A stretch of 64,000 bases of DNA, taken from IMG/VR virus record IMGVR_UViG_3300017605_000706, positions 33,433-97,432 of that record. One strand, given 5' to 3'. The stretch's first letter is position 1, and every line of letters starts with the position of its first letter. Shown piece after piece: positions 46,363-56,249 of the stretch. The stretch comes from a virus. Both the position numbers and the translations under genes were made by a program. The notes below the pieces were generated by a model that was not told the DNA's origin, searched no databases, and saw only the letters and a program-made list of their open reading frames with translations.

Positions 46363-47013
46363 ATGGTGAAGAAGGTAGCGTGTCGAAGCTGCGGCTTCAA
46401 GGCCAAGGCAGACGATCAGCCTGAGACCTGCCCCAAGTGCGGCGGCGACGACTGGAAGAAGGTCTACAAGGCGCGTCAGCCTAAGAACGGGGCTGAAGCG
46501 GTGGCCAAGCCCGCCAAGAAGAAGGCCGCAGCGGACAAGAAGCCGGCTGCAAAGCCGGCCAAGCGACAGAAGCGCGCTCGGCAGGTTGACGCTATTCTTG
46601 AAAAGCGTTTCGCGGTCATGGCGAGAGCTGTCTCCGACACGCTGCCACATATCCCCGACGACGTCTTTGTCTCCATGGGAGAAGACGGGTCGCTGGGATT
46701 CAGCTCACAGCCGCCGACTGTCAACGACACGGCGTATCTGATCCCGCTCCCATTCGTCAACGAGGTGATCTACACCTGGCTAACTGAGCAGCCGGGCACG
46801 TGGACCTTCGAAGTCATTGAGCCGCAGCTAACCCGTAGCATCAAGGCGCTGTCTTTCACGCAGGCCATCACGACGGACGATCCCATCCTTCACGGGGAGG
46901 ATATCCGTAGTGTTGAGAAGCTGAAGGAGCCTGAGGACTCGGCCGAGCCCGTCATCGATGATAGCGAATACGGCGACGATGATTCGGGCTTCGATTCGGT
47001 GGCTTCGGCGTAG
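46363..47013 (+). CDS. zinc-ribbon protein with Lys/Ala-rich segment and acidic tail
   Basis: AGGAG RBS, ATG 46363; CRSC...CPKC; AKPAKKKAAADKKPAAK. Confidence 0.65.
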   Translation: MVKKVACRSCGFKAKADDQPETCPKCGGDDWKKVYKARQPKNGAEAVAKPAKKKAAADKKPAAKPAKRQKRARQVDAILEKRFAVMARAVSDTLPHIPDDVFVSMGEDGSLGFSSQPPTVNDTAYLIPLPFVNEVIYTWLTEQPGTWTFEVIEPQLTRSIKALSFTQAITTDDPILHGEDIRSVEKLKEPEDSAEPVIDDSEYGDDDSGFDSVASA

Positions 47014-47310
47014 ACAGGCCTTTGTCGTAGACGCCCCGTCTAAAGACGACGGGGACGTCCTGTACGACTTTCTGTTCAAGGTCCGAAACGGGTCCGGTCT
47101 GACGCTGGCTGAGGAGCTGGAAGCCCGCGGGTACGGGCTCCCTACACTGAAGCTGAGCTGCGATCGCGTGTCTGGCCTGTCCGGCGCACCGGTTTCGGTA
47201 CAGAAAACGTGCGGTTGGTGTGGCGGGATCGGTGCAAGCCCTGGTTGCTGCTCGAGGTGCGGCCGACGAAAGGTGTAGTAGTCATTCAGGTAATCTGATA
47301 CGCTACACCC

Positions 47311-47970
47311 ATGTCCCTGGTCCGCGATACTCAGTACCGCTGCACGTCTACTTACTGCTACGGGATCGCTTCCGGCGACATTGCGGCGCTCAAGCAGCTG
47401 CAGTCGACGCTGAACAGCGCGATCAAGGCGTTCGGCGCGGGCTCGACGCTTACCGTGGACGGCAAGGTCGGATCGGGAACGGTCACCGCTGTCAAGAATC
47501 TGGCGGCGCTGCTCAGGACGAAAGTCTTGTCGGGCATCGCGACAACGCCGATGGACCCGAAGGAGTACGTCACGAAGCTCGCGCCCGAAATCGGCGCTGA
47601 GCTGACGGCGGCGCTCTACAGCAAGGCAGCGGGCGCCAACCCGGTCGCAGCAGCCTCGAGCGCGCCACGGGTAACAGGCACGTCGGACATCACAACGCCG
47701 AGCCTTTCGACGGCGTTCGACTCTGTCGCGGCAGCGATCAGAAACGCGGCCTCGACATCACACAACGTCATTCCGTCGCCGACAAACACGACACCTGCGA
47801 TCCCCGGTGTGACGTATGGCCAGAGCCAGACGCCTGATGCGTCTGTAGTCGTGTCGGCTACGGGACCTGTAGCGCCGCTACCGACGTGGGCTAAGATCAC
47901 GCTAGGCGTTTTGGGCCTTGGGATCGTCGGCCTGGGCGCGTACATGCTCAGCACCAGTAAGAAGGCGTAA
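47311..47970 (+). CDS. peptidoglycan-binding-domain-like protein with Thr/Pro stalk and C-terminal anchor
   Basis: LKQLQ..LN....LTVDGKVG.GT..A motif; TM WAKITLGVLGLGIVGLGAY then KK. Confidence 0.65.
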   Translation: MSLVRDTQYRCTSTYCYGIASGDIAALKQLQSTLNSAIKAFGAGSTLTVDGKVGSGTVTAVKNLAALLRTKVLSGIATTPMDPKEYVTKLAPEIGAELTAALYSKAAGANPVAAASSAPRVTGTSDITTPSLSTAFDSVAAAIRNAASTSHNVIPSPTNTTPAIPGVTYGQSQTPDASVVVSATGPVAPLPTWAKITLGVLGLGIVGLGAYMLSTSKKA

Positions 47971-47975
47971 GACGC

Positions 47976-48782
47976 ATGCTGGGTGTCGCCGCTGGCACTG
48001 GGAAGCGGATCGTCCAGTCGGTCTGGGATTCGATCCAGCCTGATTGGCGCCCGACGATCCTGACACCGTACGGTTGCGGTCACTACGGGTGCGTCTACCC
48101 GACGCAGAACCCCGAGATCGTCCTCAAGGTAACGACGGACCCAACCGAGGCGGCCTTCGTTCAGATCGCGCAGACGCTTGGCTTCCCCGATGGGATCGTC
48201 AAGTACTACCGCATCGAGGCGACGGCGGCGACGTACAGAGGCCGAACTGCGTACCTGATCTGGCGTGAGTCTGCGTATGAGGTTGGCGACGTTTTTGGCG
48301 GCATCGTCGCGATTACCCGCGATGCTGATCCGTATCTTCGCCGCACGGCGCTTGAGGCGTCCAAGTACCTGTCGATGTTCCAAGGGTACGCAGGCTTGAT
48401 CCGCAACAGCATCATCAAGTCAAGTGACCCCGTCGCGCTTCAGGTCGCGGCCGCTCAATTCGCTGATTGGGCCTGGAACGAGATAAACTGGGAAGACAGC
48501 GTCAGCCGCATTAAGCAGTATCGCGGACCCCAACGACTGGCTGCCGCTGAGCGCGCTGCGCTAGGAACCGCGCAGATGCTCGGCAGCACGTACCTGTTCG
48601 ACGAAGTAGGCCAGGCCCTCGAGTACTACCTGAATCGCGGCCTCTTACTAGCCGACGTTCATGGCGGCAACATCGGCCGCGTGCGCCGAGAAGACTACGG
48701 CGAAGAGGGCTTGATAGTCGTCACTGATCCGGGCCACTTGGTAGATTTGAGGCCGTATTATCAGGCCGCAGGGAAGTTCTAA
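47976..48782 (+). CDS. protein kinase-like fold protein (copy 1)
   Basis: YGCGHYGCVY, VLKVT.D..E, DVHGGN, TDPG. Confidence 0.75.
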   Translation: MLGVAAGTGKRIVQSVWDSIQPDWRPTILTPYGCGHYGCVYPTQNPEIVLKVTTDPTEAAFVQIAQTLGFPDGIVKYYRIEATAATYRGRTAYLIWRESAYEVGDVFGGIVAITRDADPYLRRTALEASKYLSMFQGYAGLIRNSIIKSSDPVALQVAAAQFADWAWNEINWEDSVSRIKQYRGPQRLAAAERAALGTAQMLGSTYLFDEVGQALEYYLNRGLLLADVHGGNIGRVRREDYGEEGLIVVTDPGHLVDLRPYYQAAGKF

Positions 48783-49193
48783 GTGTCACGCTTCAGCCGC
48801 ATCATCAAATCAGCTCAATTGCATGGATTTGGCGGCGCATGCGGGTCTGTGGCTGTAGCCATCAACCGGGTCGTTTTTGGAGGTAAAGGGCAGCTAGTGG
48901 CCGCTTCAAACGAACACGTTAGCGCGCTAATACGTCAACCGTTTCTAGGCCACGTCGCGGTTCTGTACAAGGGCAAGTTCTACGACTCTTCAGGCGAGAT
49001 AGCTGAGGAAGATTTCATTGAATGGGGAATGGTAGACCCGTCAGATCCTGTGTTTGAGAGTCTATCAGACGAACAGGTACACGACGCTGCACTATTCGAG
49101 ATCGATGAGCGCGAAGCTCTTACGTACACCGCCAAGGGCCGCGATTGTGCCAGTTTGCGGTACGCAGAAGCGCGCCTTCGCAAGGCACTCTAA
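48783..49193 (+). CDS. small papain/transglutaminase-like Cys-His-Asp protein
   Basis: GGACGSVA.A (Cys), GHVAV (His), FYDSSG (Asp). Confidence 0.55.
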   Translation: MSRFSRIIKSAQLHGFGGACGSVAVAINRVVFGGKGQLVAASNEHVSALIRQPFLGHVAVLYKGKFYDSSGEIAEEDFIEWGMVDPSDPVFESLSDEQVHDAALFEIDEREALTYTAKGRDCASLRYAEARLRKAL

Positions 49194-49762
49194 TCTTTCC
49201 GCACAGACCACACAGCCTCAAGCCGTCGTTGTTCAGCCGCGTACCTGCGCCACAAGTACTCCTTGAGCAGGAAGCACCCGAAGTCGATCCCTGCCCCGCC
49301 TAGCACGGCGATAACCCACAGCCAGATCACAGGTCGTCGCCCATTCTCTCTTCCCACTCGCTTTGGCTGACTTCTGTCGCAATCTCGCGTATGGCATCGC
49401 GCACTTCACGAAGTGCGACCCTCGCGGCGTCAGCGACACTAGCTGGGTAGCGCTCCGAGATGGTATCAAGGTGCTTCTCGATCACGTCGGCGAGTCTATC
49501 AAGCACGATCGAAGGGCTCATCGGCGCTTCATCCTGATTCTCCAGGCTCCGGCCTCACGCTCCTGACGACCCTTCTCGAGAGCTGCACGGACTTTCTCAC
49601 GGAGAGAAACCGCAGCGGCAACCCGTTCCGGGAACGACAGGTCCTGCGCGGTGCTCTCGTCGATCATCTCTTGCAAAAAATCGTCTGTGGGCGGCTTCAG
49701 CTTCATGCTCCTGACTTTCTCAACGGGAACGCCTAGAAAGCGCGCGATGCCCTCCCAGTTGA

Positions 49763-50026
49763 TCATATCAAGCCTTGCTCCTCGCACAGCTTGATCAGTA
49801 TATCACCATGGCAGCCCTTGTACTCGTGGCACCAGCAACCTAGCGTTTTGCCCGCGATTTCAGGCAGCTTGGCCATCAGGTGAGGCTGGTTACGTACCCA
49901 GGCTTCGTACTTGGCCAGGACGTCGTCGAGATCGCCGTCGGGGCCGACCCGGAATGGATTTCCGAAGGGCGAAGGCCTGCCTATGTACGTATCGTACGGC
50001 TCTCGCTTGCAGTGTACTCGTCTCAT
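49763..50026 (-). CDS. DUF4326 family protein
   Basis: YIGRPS.FGNPF...GKTLGCWC....CHGDIL. Confidence 0.85.
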   Translation of the reverse strand: MRRVHCKREPYDTYIGRPSPFGNPFRVGPDGDLDDVLAKYEAWVRNQPHLMAKLPEIAGKTLGCWCHEYKGCHGDILIKLCEEQGLI

Positions 50027-50951
50027 TGATCAATCTCGTCGACTAGCTCGCGCGTGATCGCGTCGTTGGAGATCTTAGTGTTGCCGTATGCGAAGCTGCG
50101 GCGCTGTTTCGCCCAAGTAGACCCTTTGCAGGCCTCATCCCAACAGTACCCCTCACGACTGTAGGCCATGTCGGGACCCCTCAGGACGGCTTTGCAGCCG
50201 GGACAGCGTGCAGGCGGCCCCAACGGCTGCCTAAGCCACGCGATCACTCGACGCCAGATAGGCGCCGGTACTCTTGCAGTAGCCGTCATCGCCAAGTCTT
50301 CACGAGCTTGCGGTTCAGTGCGCGATGGCGCTCGCGCTGTTCTTTTACCTGGCTCGGCGCGTAGCCTGCACGCCGTTCCCCTTCCGTCGGACCCCCAGCC
50401 TCGCGCCACGCTTTCCACTGCTTGATCGTCAGCGTGACTTCTTGCGGGTTGTGAAACGAGAACGCGCCCTTTTGCAGGCTCCTGTGCCGCGTGCTGACCG
50501 AGAACCATCCGTCGTTGATCAGCCCTTGAACGTACTCGCGGTCCTCATCGGTGGGGATGAGCGCCTCAGGCTTGAGCATCTGACAATCACCGGCAGGGCA
50601 TCGTTGGTGATCGCACTGCCCGCCTTTTCGATCGTCTTCGTCGGTCACTTACGCCTCATCTGATGTTGGAGTTCGCGCTCAGCGGGGTAGTGACCCTCGG
50701 GCTCCTCGGCGAGCCATTTAGCCACCGTTGCCCAGTCGTTCGTCTCATCCGACATGGTGACGCGTTGGCCGTCTACGATACTTCCGTAGGTACGTGCGGC
50801 TTCGACGCCGTCTGCGCCCCAGTAGACGTGCACCGACCAATGCGAGGTTCCGGGTCCGCCCCCATAACACCACTCGAGTGTGAGGCAGCCTTCGTCAACG
50901 GTATGAAACACGAACGTCGGCGAGGGCAATCGAACGCACGCGAAGTAATCG

Positions 50952-51362
50952 TCAAGGTCGGGCTTGATCATAAGCCTCCAAAGCGGCGAGGTGCGCAGTC
51001 AAGTTTTTGATTCGGTGGATCTCCCAAGGAATCTCGTCAACAGCCTGCAATGACGGAAAGCCGCGAAAGCACCGCTCCCAAAAAAGCAACGATTCTACAA
51101 CGTTCGCGCAGCGCCTGTCCCAGTCGTGATTGGAATATGATGACAGCAGCTCTACGTGGTGTGCGTAGACGCCTTGAGTTTGCCTAAACGCGACACCTGT
51201 GAACGTATCAGTATCACCACTGATCACCCAATGGCAACCCCTGTGCGGCTTGACGCCGTGAGTGACCATGTAGAGAAGAATTGGCGGCATGGCGCACTGT
51301 GCGCTGAGCGGAAGGTCAACAACCTCGAACGCTGACCCGATCCTGATCAAGGTCTGGATCAC
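50952..51362 (-). CDS. PWEIH-motif family member 22
   Basis: HRG; VDEIPWEIHRIKNLTAHLAALEAY; GTG 51362 lies just behind promoter motif. Confidence 0.72.
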   Translation of the reverse strand: MIQTLIRIGSAFEVVDLPLSAQCAMPPILLYMVTHGVKPHRGCHWVISGDTDTFTGVAFRQTQGVYAHHVELLSSYSNHDWDRRCANVVESLLFWERCFRGFPSLQAVDEIPWEIHRIKNLTAHLAALEAYDQARP

Positions 51363-51370
51363 CGCAGCGC

Positions 51371-51397
51371 AGACGAAGCAGGGCGCGGTGGTATTCA
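51371..51397 (-). promoter_or_regulatory. TGAAT-N18-GTCT promoter-like motif
   Basis: 8 nt before GTG 51362. Confidence 0.55.
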
Positions 51398-52381
51398 CCT
51401 GCCTCGTCTGCGCTTGGCGTTCTTCGGCTCACGAACGTGAGCGCGTACCCAGTTACCGGGGTTCATGAAGTCCAAACACTGGCCGGTGTCCGTGATGATC
51501 CACTGCGGATGACCCACGCGATCTGCCAGACCAAGATTTTCCAGGTGCACATCGCAGATGTACATTTCTTCGTTCATCAGATAGTACAACGCGTACTTGG
51601 CGAGGCCTAGTTTGGGCTCAGACGTCGCGATCTCGACGCTGCGTCGGCCAAACTCGACTCTCATCGCCAGATTCATATCAACGTCATATGCACGGTGGTC
51701 GTTCAAGCGGTGCAAGAACGGCTCAAGCGAACCGCGATCGGAGAACGGTTTGGTCATGTCAAGGCGATCAACGGCCTGACGCGCGAAAGGCCGCGCAGCG
51801 CTAACCGCATTCCAGAACGCCACTCTATGCCCAGGCTTGATCGCCGTCAGATAATTCCACACGTACGTCCACGCGCTTTTGATGTCGATGAGACGAAGCG
51901 CGGCTGTAGCCGTTTCGTTGTCCAGCGTTTTCCAGTCATCGTAAAGCCCGCCTGGACGCTGCACTTCCTCGCGCCAGACCGCGTAGACGGGCTGCCTCTG
52001 GTACGTGATGTGTGACGGGAACGGTAAGTAGAACAGAAACTTGACGACGCCCTCAGGAGGGCCTGCCTTGAAGCGATCTTTGTCGGTGTAGACTTCTTCG
52101 ATGTAGACGATCTCGCTCGGGTCTGCCGTGATCTTGAATACGACTCCGGGAACGCTCGTCGGAAGCACGCAGCCAAAGAGGCCGCACCCGTAATTCTCAA
52201 AATGCCGAGTGCGCCCGCGCGGATTCGGCTTCTCTACCGGAAGATACTTCTCCTCAACCAGATCGTACAGCTCCGGGAAGCCCTGGTTGATGATCCGCTC
52301 AACGGCACTGAACGCGATGCCCAGATCGCCGAGGTCACCAAGCTGACCCATGCCGAGAGGCAGAAAATCGGCGATGTCCAT
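51395..52381 (-). CDS. protein kinase-like fold protein (copy 2)
   Basis: YGCGLFGCV, VFKIT.D..E, DVHLEN, TDTG; N-terminal LGMGQLGDLGDLG, basic tail. Confidence 0.75.
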   Translation of the reverse strand: MDIADFLPLGMGQLGDLGDLGIAFSAVERIINQGFPELYDLVEEKYLPVEKPNPRGRTRHFENYGCGLFGCVLPTSVPGVVFKITADPSEIVYIEEVYTDKDRFKAGPPEGVVKFLFYLPFPSHITYQRQPVYAVWREEVQRPGGLYDDWKTLDNETATAALRLIDIKSAWTYVWNYLTAIKPGHRVAFWNAVSAARPFARQAVDRLDMTKPFSDRGSLEPFLHRLNDHRAYDVDMNLAMRVEFGRRSVEIATSEPKLGLAKYALYYLMNEEMYICDVHLENLGLADRVGHPQWIITDTGQCLDFMNPGNWVRAHVREPKNAKRRRGR

Positions 52382-52421
52382 GGGTCGCTAGGATACACCA
52401 ACGACAGACCTTTGCGCTAGT

Positions 52422-52748
52422 ATGTCCGAGAATACGATGACCGAGCCCCTGAACCTAAAAGACGCCACTGAAAAGGCGTTGGACTACGCCGCTACCCACT
52501 GCCGGACCTGCGCTTCAGGTACGTTACGTTGTCAACGCCACGCCGACGAAGACGGCTTCCTGGCTGACGCGCTCGAGAAGTTCGGCGACGTCTGTCAACA
52601 GCAAGTCTACGAGACGACCACGGACTCCAACCAGGACGCCATCACGGACTACCGTGAGGAGCTTCGATGCGAGCTTGAGGATAAGTTCGGTAAGCTCCCC
52701 GAAGAACTACGCAGGCAAGTATTGAAAATCCTAAAGGAAACGCTTTGA
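52422..52748 (+). CDS. hypothetical protein
   Basis: CRTC...C..H; coupled to integrase. Confidence 0.55.
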   Translation: MSENTMTEPLNLKDATEKALDYAATHCRTCASGTLRCQRHADEDGFLADALEKFGDVCQQQVYETTTDSNQDAITDYREELRCELEDKFGKLPEELRRQVLKILKETL

Positions 52749-53665
52749 AAGGACTTCAAAGAACGCAGTACACGACGTGCCCGCTCATGCTTGTGATCGA
52801 GCAGAGCGAGAAGCTGTCGGACTCGAGCAAGCGCGTCTACCGCAACGCGGTCGGCGAGTGGCTCGACTTTGCTGGGGAGCACCCTTCGGGTTGGAGCTTA
52901 TCACAAGCGCAAACTTGGTACAAGACGCTATGTACCAGAATCGTAGTCAAATCAGCAAACAGTCGGGTCGCGGCCTTGAAGTACGCCTCTCGACGCTGGG
53001 CCGCGCTTTCTCAAAGACCTGATCTTGATTTCGCTGCCGCGCTCGAGATCCGGCGCGACAACTCCATCAAGGCGATCAGGTCACTGAGCTACGATGAGGC
53101 CGCGCGTCTATTAGACGCGTGTAGCGGGCGTCGCCCCGTCGACCTACGTGATTACGCCGCTGTAACCCTGGGCCTACGCACGGGGATGCGCCGCATGTCG
53201 CTAGCAGGTTCACGTTTGGACAAGATGGAGTCCGCGCCCGAAGGCGTCATGATCGAGGTTCCGATCAAGGGCGGTACTCTGCATAAAGTTCCGCTCGACG
53301 AGACGACGCTTCACGGAATCGCTCCCTGGCTTCAGTATCTGAAAATCAACAAAATCGTGGCAGGCCCCGTATTCCGGGCGTGTGACCAGGCGACGATCCC
53401 CACCGAAGGCCTCGGGCTCGAGGGTCTTTGGAAAACGCTCAAGCGGCGTGCGAAGAAGGCCGAGATCCCCAACTTCACGCCGCACGTCATGCGCCACACG
53501 TTCGTGACGTGGTGCCGCGAAGCCGGAGTGCCGGACTACCAGATCGCTGCCGTGACCGGCCACAAGGGCGGTGCAGGGCTCGAACGGATCCTTGGTGTTT
53601 ACACCGACAAGAACGTCGGTTGGCACGCCGTCGCAGCGATTCCTACAAGCCTATGGCACCGATGA
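52745..53665 (+). CDS. tyrosine recombinase/integrase (XerC/D-like)
   Basis: RD.A...L...TGMR, KGG, PHVMRH, GH, catalytic Y; N-terminal SAM-like domain. Confidence 0.9.
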   Translation: MKGLQRTQYTTCPLMLVIEQSEKLSDSSKRVYRNAVGEWLDFAGEHPSGWSLSQAQTWYKTLCTRIVVKSANSRVAALKYASRRWAALSQRPDLDFAAALEIRRDNSIKAIRSLSYDEAARLLDACSGRRPVDLRDYAAVTLGLRTGMRRMSLAGSRLDKMESAPEGVMIEVPIKGGTLHKVPLDETTLHGIAPWLQYLKINKIVAGPVFRACDQATIPTEGLGLEGLWKTLKRRAKKAEIPNFTPHVMRHTFVTWCREAGVPDYQIAAVTGHKGGAGLERILGVYTDKNVGWHAVAAIPTSLWHR

Positions 53666-54280
53666 TACCGCTTGAGAGATTTGCTGCGCTGTGATACGGT
53701 TATAGCGCCGTCGGATCGCCCTCGCTACGCGAGTGCACCTCTGAGGGTACGTTGATCGGTTCGCCTTGATCATCGGGAAGCCCCCTGCGTTGCCCAATAA
53801 CGCGCAGCGCAAGTTGCCATGGCAGATAGGCTGGTCAAGCCACGCCTGTAGATGTCTTGCAGCTACGAGGTAGTTTTCCTGTAGGTCGGAGATTAGCTCG
53901 CGGCAACGCTGCCAAGAGACGTGGCCACCTACCTGTAACGCGCCGCAGAAATACGGGCCTCTAAACCGAGAGGACCTCGACTCTGATCGCCAGAAGCCGC
54001 CAGCTCGGTGGCATTCTTCGGCAACGCATTCCATGCGCGAGACTACCTCCGAGAAGTACCTACTTTCGACGTAGGCAATTCCTAGTAGAATCTCGGGGCT
54101 TACGCCTGTTTGCTGCGACGCGTAAAGCGCAGCGTCCGCGTGTTTCGCGGCCTTACCGGGATTTGCCTTGAGGTAGACTGGTGCAGATTCAATGAGCGCT
54201 TCCGTCCAAACAGGGTCGGCAAATGTAGCCGTTGACCTTACTAGGATGAAAGACGCGATCAATGTACGCAGTGGGCGCAT
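53651..54280 (-). CDS. lytic transglycosylase (SLT/lysozyme-like) with signal peptide
   Basis: LL.IAYVES, G.LQV, N....A..L motifs; hydrophobic N-terminus. Confidence 0.7.
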   Translation of the reverse strand: MRPLRTLIASFILVRSTATFADPVWTEALIESAPVYLKANPGKAAKHADAALYASQQTGVSPEILLGIAYVESRYFSEVVSRMECVAEECHRAGGFWRSESRSSRFRGPYFCGALQVGGHVSWQRCRELISDLQENYLVAARHLQAWLDQPICHGNLRCALLGNAGGFPMIKANRSTYPQRCTRVARAIRRRYNRITAQQISQAVSSVP

Positions 54281-54294
54281 CGAAGCACCGTAGC

Positions 54295-54756
54295 ATGGCA
54301 CTGCGCTACGTCACCGGAGACGTTTTTCACCCAAGCAGCCCGCGCGCCTTTGCATTCGGCTGTAACGCAGCTGGATCGCGTGGCCGCGGGATGTCAGCGG
54401 AAGTTTGCGACCGGTGGCCTGATCTGTACAGCGTGTACCGTGATCACTGCGCCACGATTGGACATCTAGGCAGCTGCTTCTCATGGAAAACAGGCGCGTA
54501 CACTGTTTTCGGATTGGTCATTCAGCGAACGTGGAAAGCGCGCCCCGATCTTGTCGCTATCCGCGTGGCCGTGGCCGCGATGTTAGCGCAGGCCGAAGAT
54601 CTCGGGATTGCCGAAGTCGCTATTCCTAGAATCGGGACGGGGTTACAAGGCTTGGATTGGCCGGATGTGCGCGATGTAATCAAAAGCGTTGCAGAGAGCG
54701 CTAACGTAGCTGTTACCGTCTTCGATCGCTTCATCGCAGGGCAAGCCCCACGTTGA
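54295..54756 (+). CDS. macrodomain protein (Poa1p/DarG-like ADP-ribosylhydrolase)
   Basis: TGDVF, CN..G..G.G, AIPRIGTGL.GLDW. Confidence 0.82.
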   Translation: MALRYVTGDVFHPSSPRAFAFGCNAAGSRGRGMSAEVCDRWPDLYSVYRDHCATIGHLGSCFSWKTGAYTVFGLVIQRTWKARPDLVAIRVAVAAMLAQAEDLGIAEVAIPRIGTGLQGLDWPDVRDVIKSVAESANVAVTVFDRFIAGQAPR

Positions 54757-54781
54757 AAGTTCACCCTTAAAGGGTTATAGT
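54753..54781 (+). promoter_or_regulatory. sigma70-like promoter
   Basis: TTGAAA-N17-TATAGT upstream of ORF 54798. Confidence 0.5.
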
Positions 54782-55181
54782 AGATGCACTGAGAACAATG
54801 ACGAACGCCCGATCTGACCTTCTCGAGTTCCTTCATAAGGAGTGGGCGCGCCTCGACGCGCTAGAGAACCACACCGGTAAGTCCAAGGACGATGAGTGCC
54901 GCTGGCGCCTCCTCCGCAGAGCTGACGAGGGAAGCCTCGAAGAGCAAGGCTTGGTTAGCATCCTAGAAGAATGCCTAGCTCGTTTCAGTGCGATAAACTT
55001 GCAGTCCTATGGCGTGGCTGATGTTTCGGCTAAAGGCTCACGCGTTCGATGACGGCAGTCCGAGATCTCTCTGCGGGCACGTAAAGAGGGAAGGGACTAC
55101 AGGCGATCCGCCTACAGGGGCCGTTCAGTGCCATCCGTGCTGGTGCATCGTCGCCAAGCGCAAGCAGCGCGCCTCAAAGAC

Positions 55182-55210
55182 TTGACATCGTAATACGATC
55201 GTGTTCTACT
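55182..55210 (+). promoter_or_regulatory. promoter with palindromic operator
   Basis: TTGACA -35; ATCGTA-A-TACGAT inverted repeat in spacer; upstream of RHH gene. Confidence 0.5.
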
Positions 55211-55221
55211 CGTGAACACGT

Positions 55222-55542
55222 ATGAGTAGACCACGTCGTGAAAAAGACGATCTCGAGAATGATAGGCTCTTGCGCGTTCGGCTCGATGACCAACTCGCGA
55301 TCATGCTCAAGTACGCGTGCGAGCAACGCGGCATGTCGAAATCGTCATTCGTGCGCGAGTCGCTGAGGGAGACGCTATCAGCGGGTGGGACGATCGTCGA
55401 CCGCGTTGGTCTAGAGGCCATGAATCAGGCCAAGATGATCGCTTTCAAGGTCATGAATCAAGCGACGCGCGACGCGTGCAATCTCGCACAAGAGCGTCTC
55501 GCCGACGAGCTGCGCGCGTTTTTTGGCGACGACATTGGGTAG
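55222..55542 (+). CDS. ribbon-helix-helix (CopG-like) DNA-binding protein
   Basis: LLRVRLD......L...C...GMSKS.FVRE.L. Confidence 0.7.
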   Translation: MSRPRREKDDLENDRLLRVRLDDQLAIMLKYACEQRGMSKSSFVRESLRETLSAGGTIVDRVGLEAMNQAKMIAFKVMNQATRDACNLAQERLADELRAFFGDDIG

Positions 55543-55580
55543 CTTTCGTTCAGAGTGGTGAGGTAGGTTAGCGGCCACCA

Positions 55581-56249
55581 ATGGCCAAGAAAAACAAGAA
55601 TCAAGCAGCGGCAGTAAGGGACTCTGAAGACGGCGTCGTGCGCGTCGTAACGGACGACACGCCCACGATCCAGGCTAGCCTTCCCGCAGGGGACGCCGAC
55701 CCGTTCGACGCTTTTATGGAGCCTCTCTCTCCTCTGATAGAGGAGTCATCTGCGCTTGCGCCGCCGATGACTCTTGACTCCGGTGTTGAGCTGACGCCCA
55801 CGGCGTTGGGTGCATTTCCGCCGCCTCCTGCGTTCCCGCCGCTGTCATCGGTAGATGACCCAATCGACGCAGACCACACTGGCGTAATCGCGCACGAGAT
55901 CATGGCGCTAAAGCCTACAGAGCCGCTTCCTGCCTCCTTAGCTGCTGAGGATCTCTTTAATCCTCGCGTGTGGGAGCTTGAGCAAAAAGTTCAGGATCTG
56001 ACGAGCCGTATCGACGTTGAGAGCGCGCTCCACATCGCCAAGATGTCTGAGATGATGTCTCAGACGGAACGCTTGATCCAAGATCTACGCGTTTGCCGTC
56101 TCTGGAGCCTTCGGACAAAGTCCGAAGCGAACATCCTCGTTCTCGCTCACGACGCAATCGAAGCGACGCACAAGGCTGTAGCCGTGCGTGGTTTTGCGGC
56201 CGGAGATATCGTCGAGGCGAGAGCGATCTCCGACCGGGTGATTATCTAG
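55581..56249 (+). CDS. acidic Pro-rich protein with coiled coil
   Basis: Low-complexity N-half, helical C-half. Confidence 0.6.
   Translation: MAKKNKNQAAAVRDSEDGVVRVVTDDTPTIQASLPAGDADPFDAFMEPLSPLIEESSALAPPMTLDSGVELTPTALGAFPPPPAFPPLSSVDDPIDADHTGVIAHEIMALKPTEPLPASLAAEDLFNPRVWELEQKVQDLTSRIDVESALHIAKMSEMMSQTERLIQDLRVCRLWSLRTKSEANILVLAHDAIEATHKAVAVRGFAAGDIVEARAISDRVII

Noticed and set aside
49190-49330. Apparent intergenic gap as ncRNA
   Set aside because: It holds a 46-aa minus-strand membrane ORF (MIWLWVIAVLGG...) coupled to its neighbour.
29959-53665. Integron or shufflon cassette array served by the tyrosine recombinase
   Set aside because: Genes overlap by 4-8 nt leaving no room for attC sites, the recombinase shows no obvious IntI insertion, and the shared motif varies at synonymous positions.
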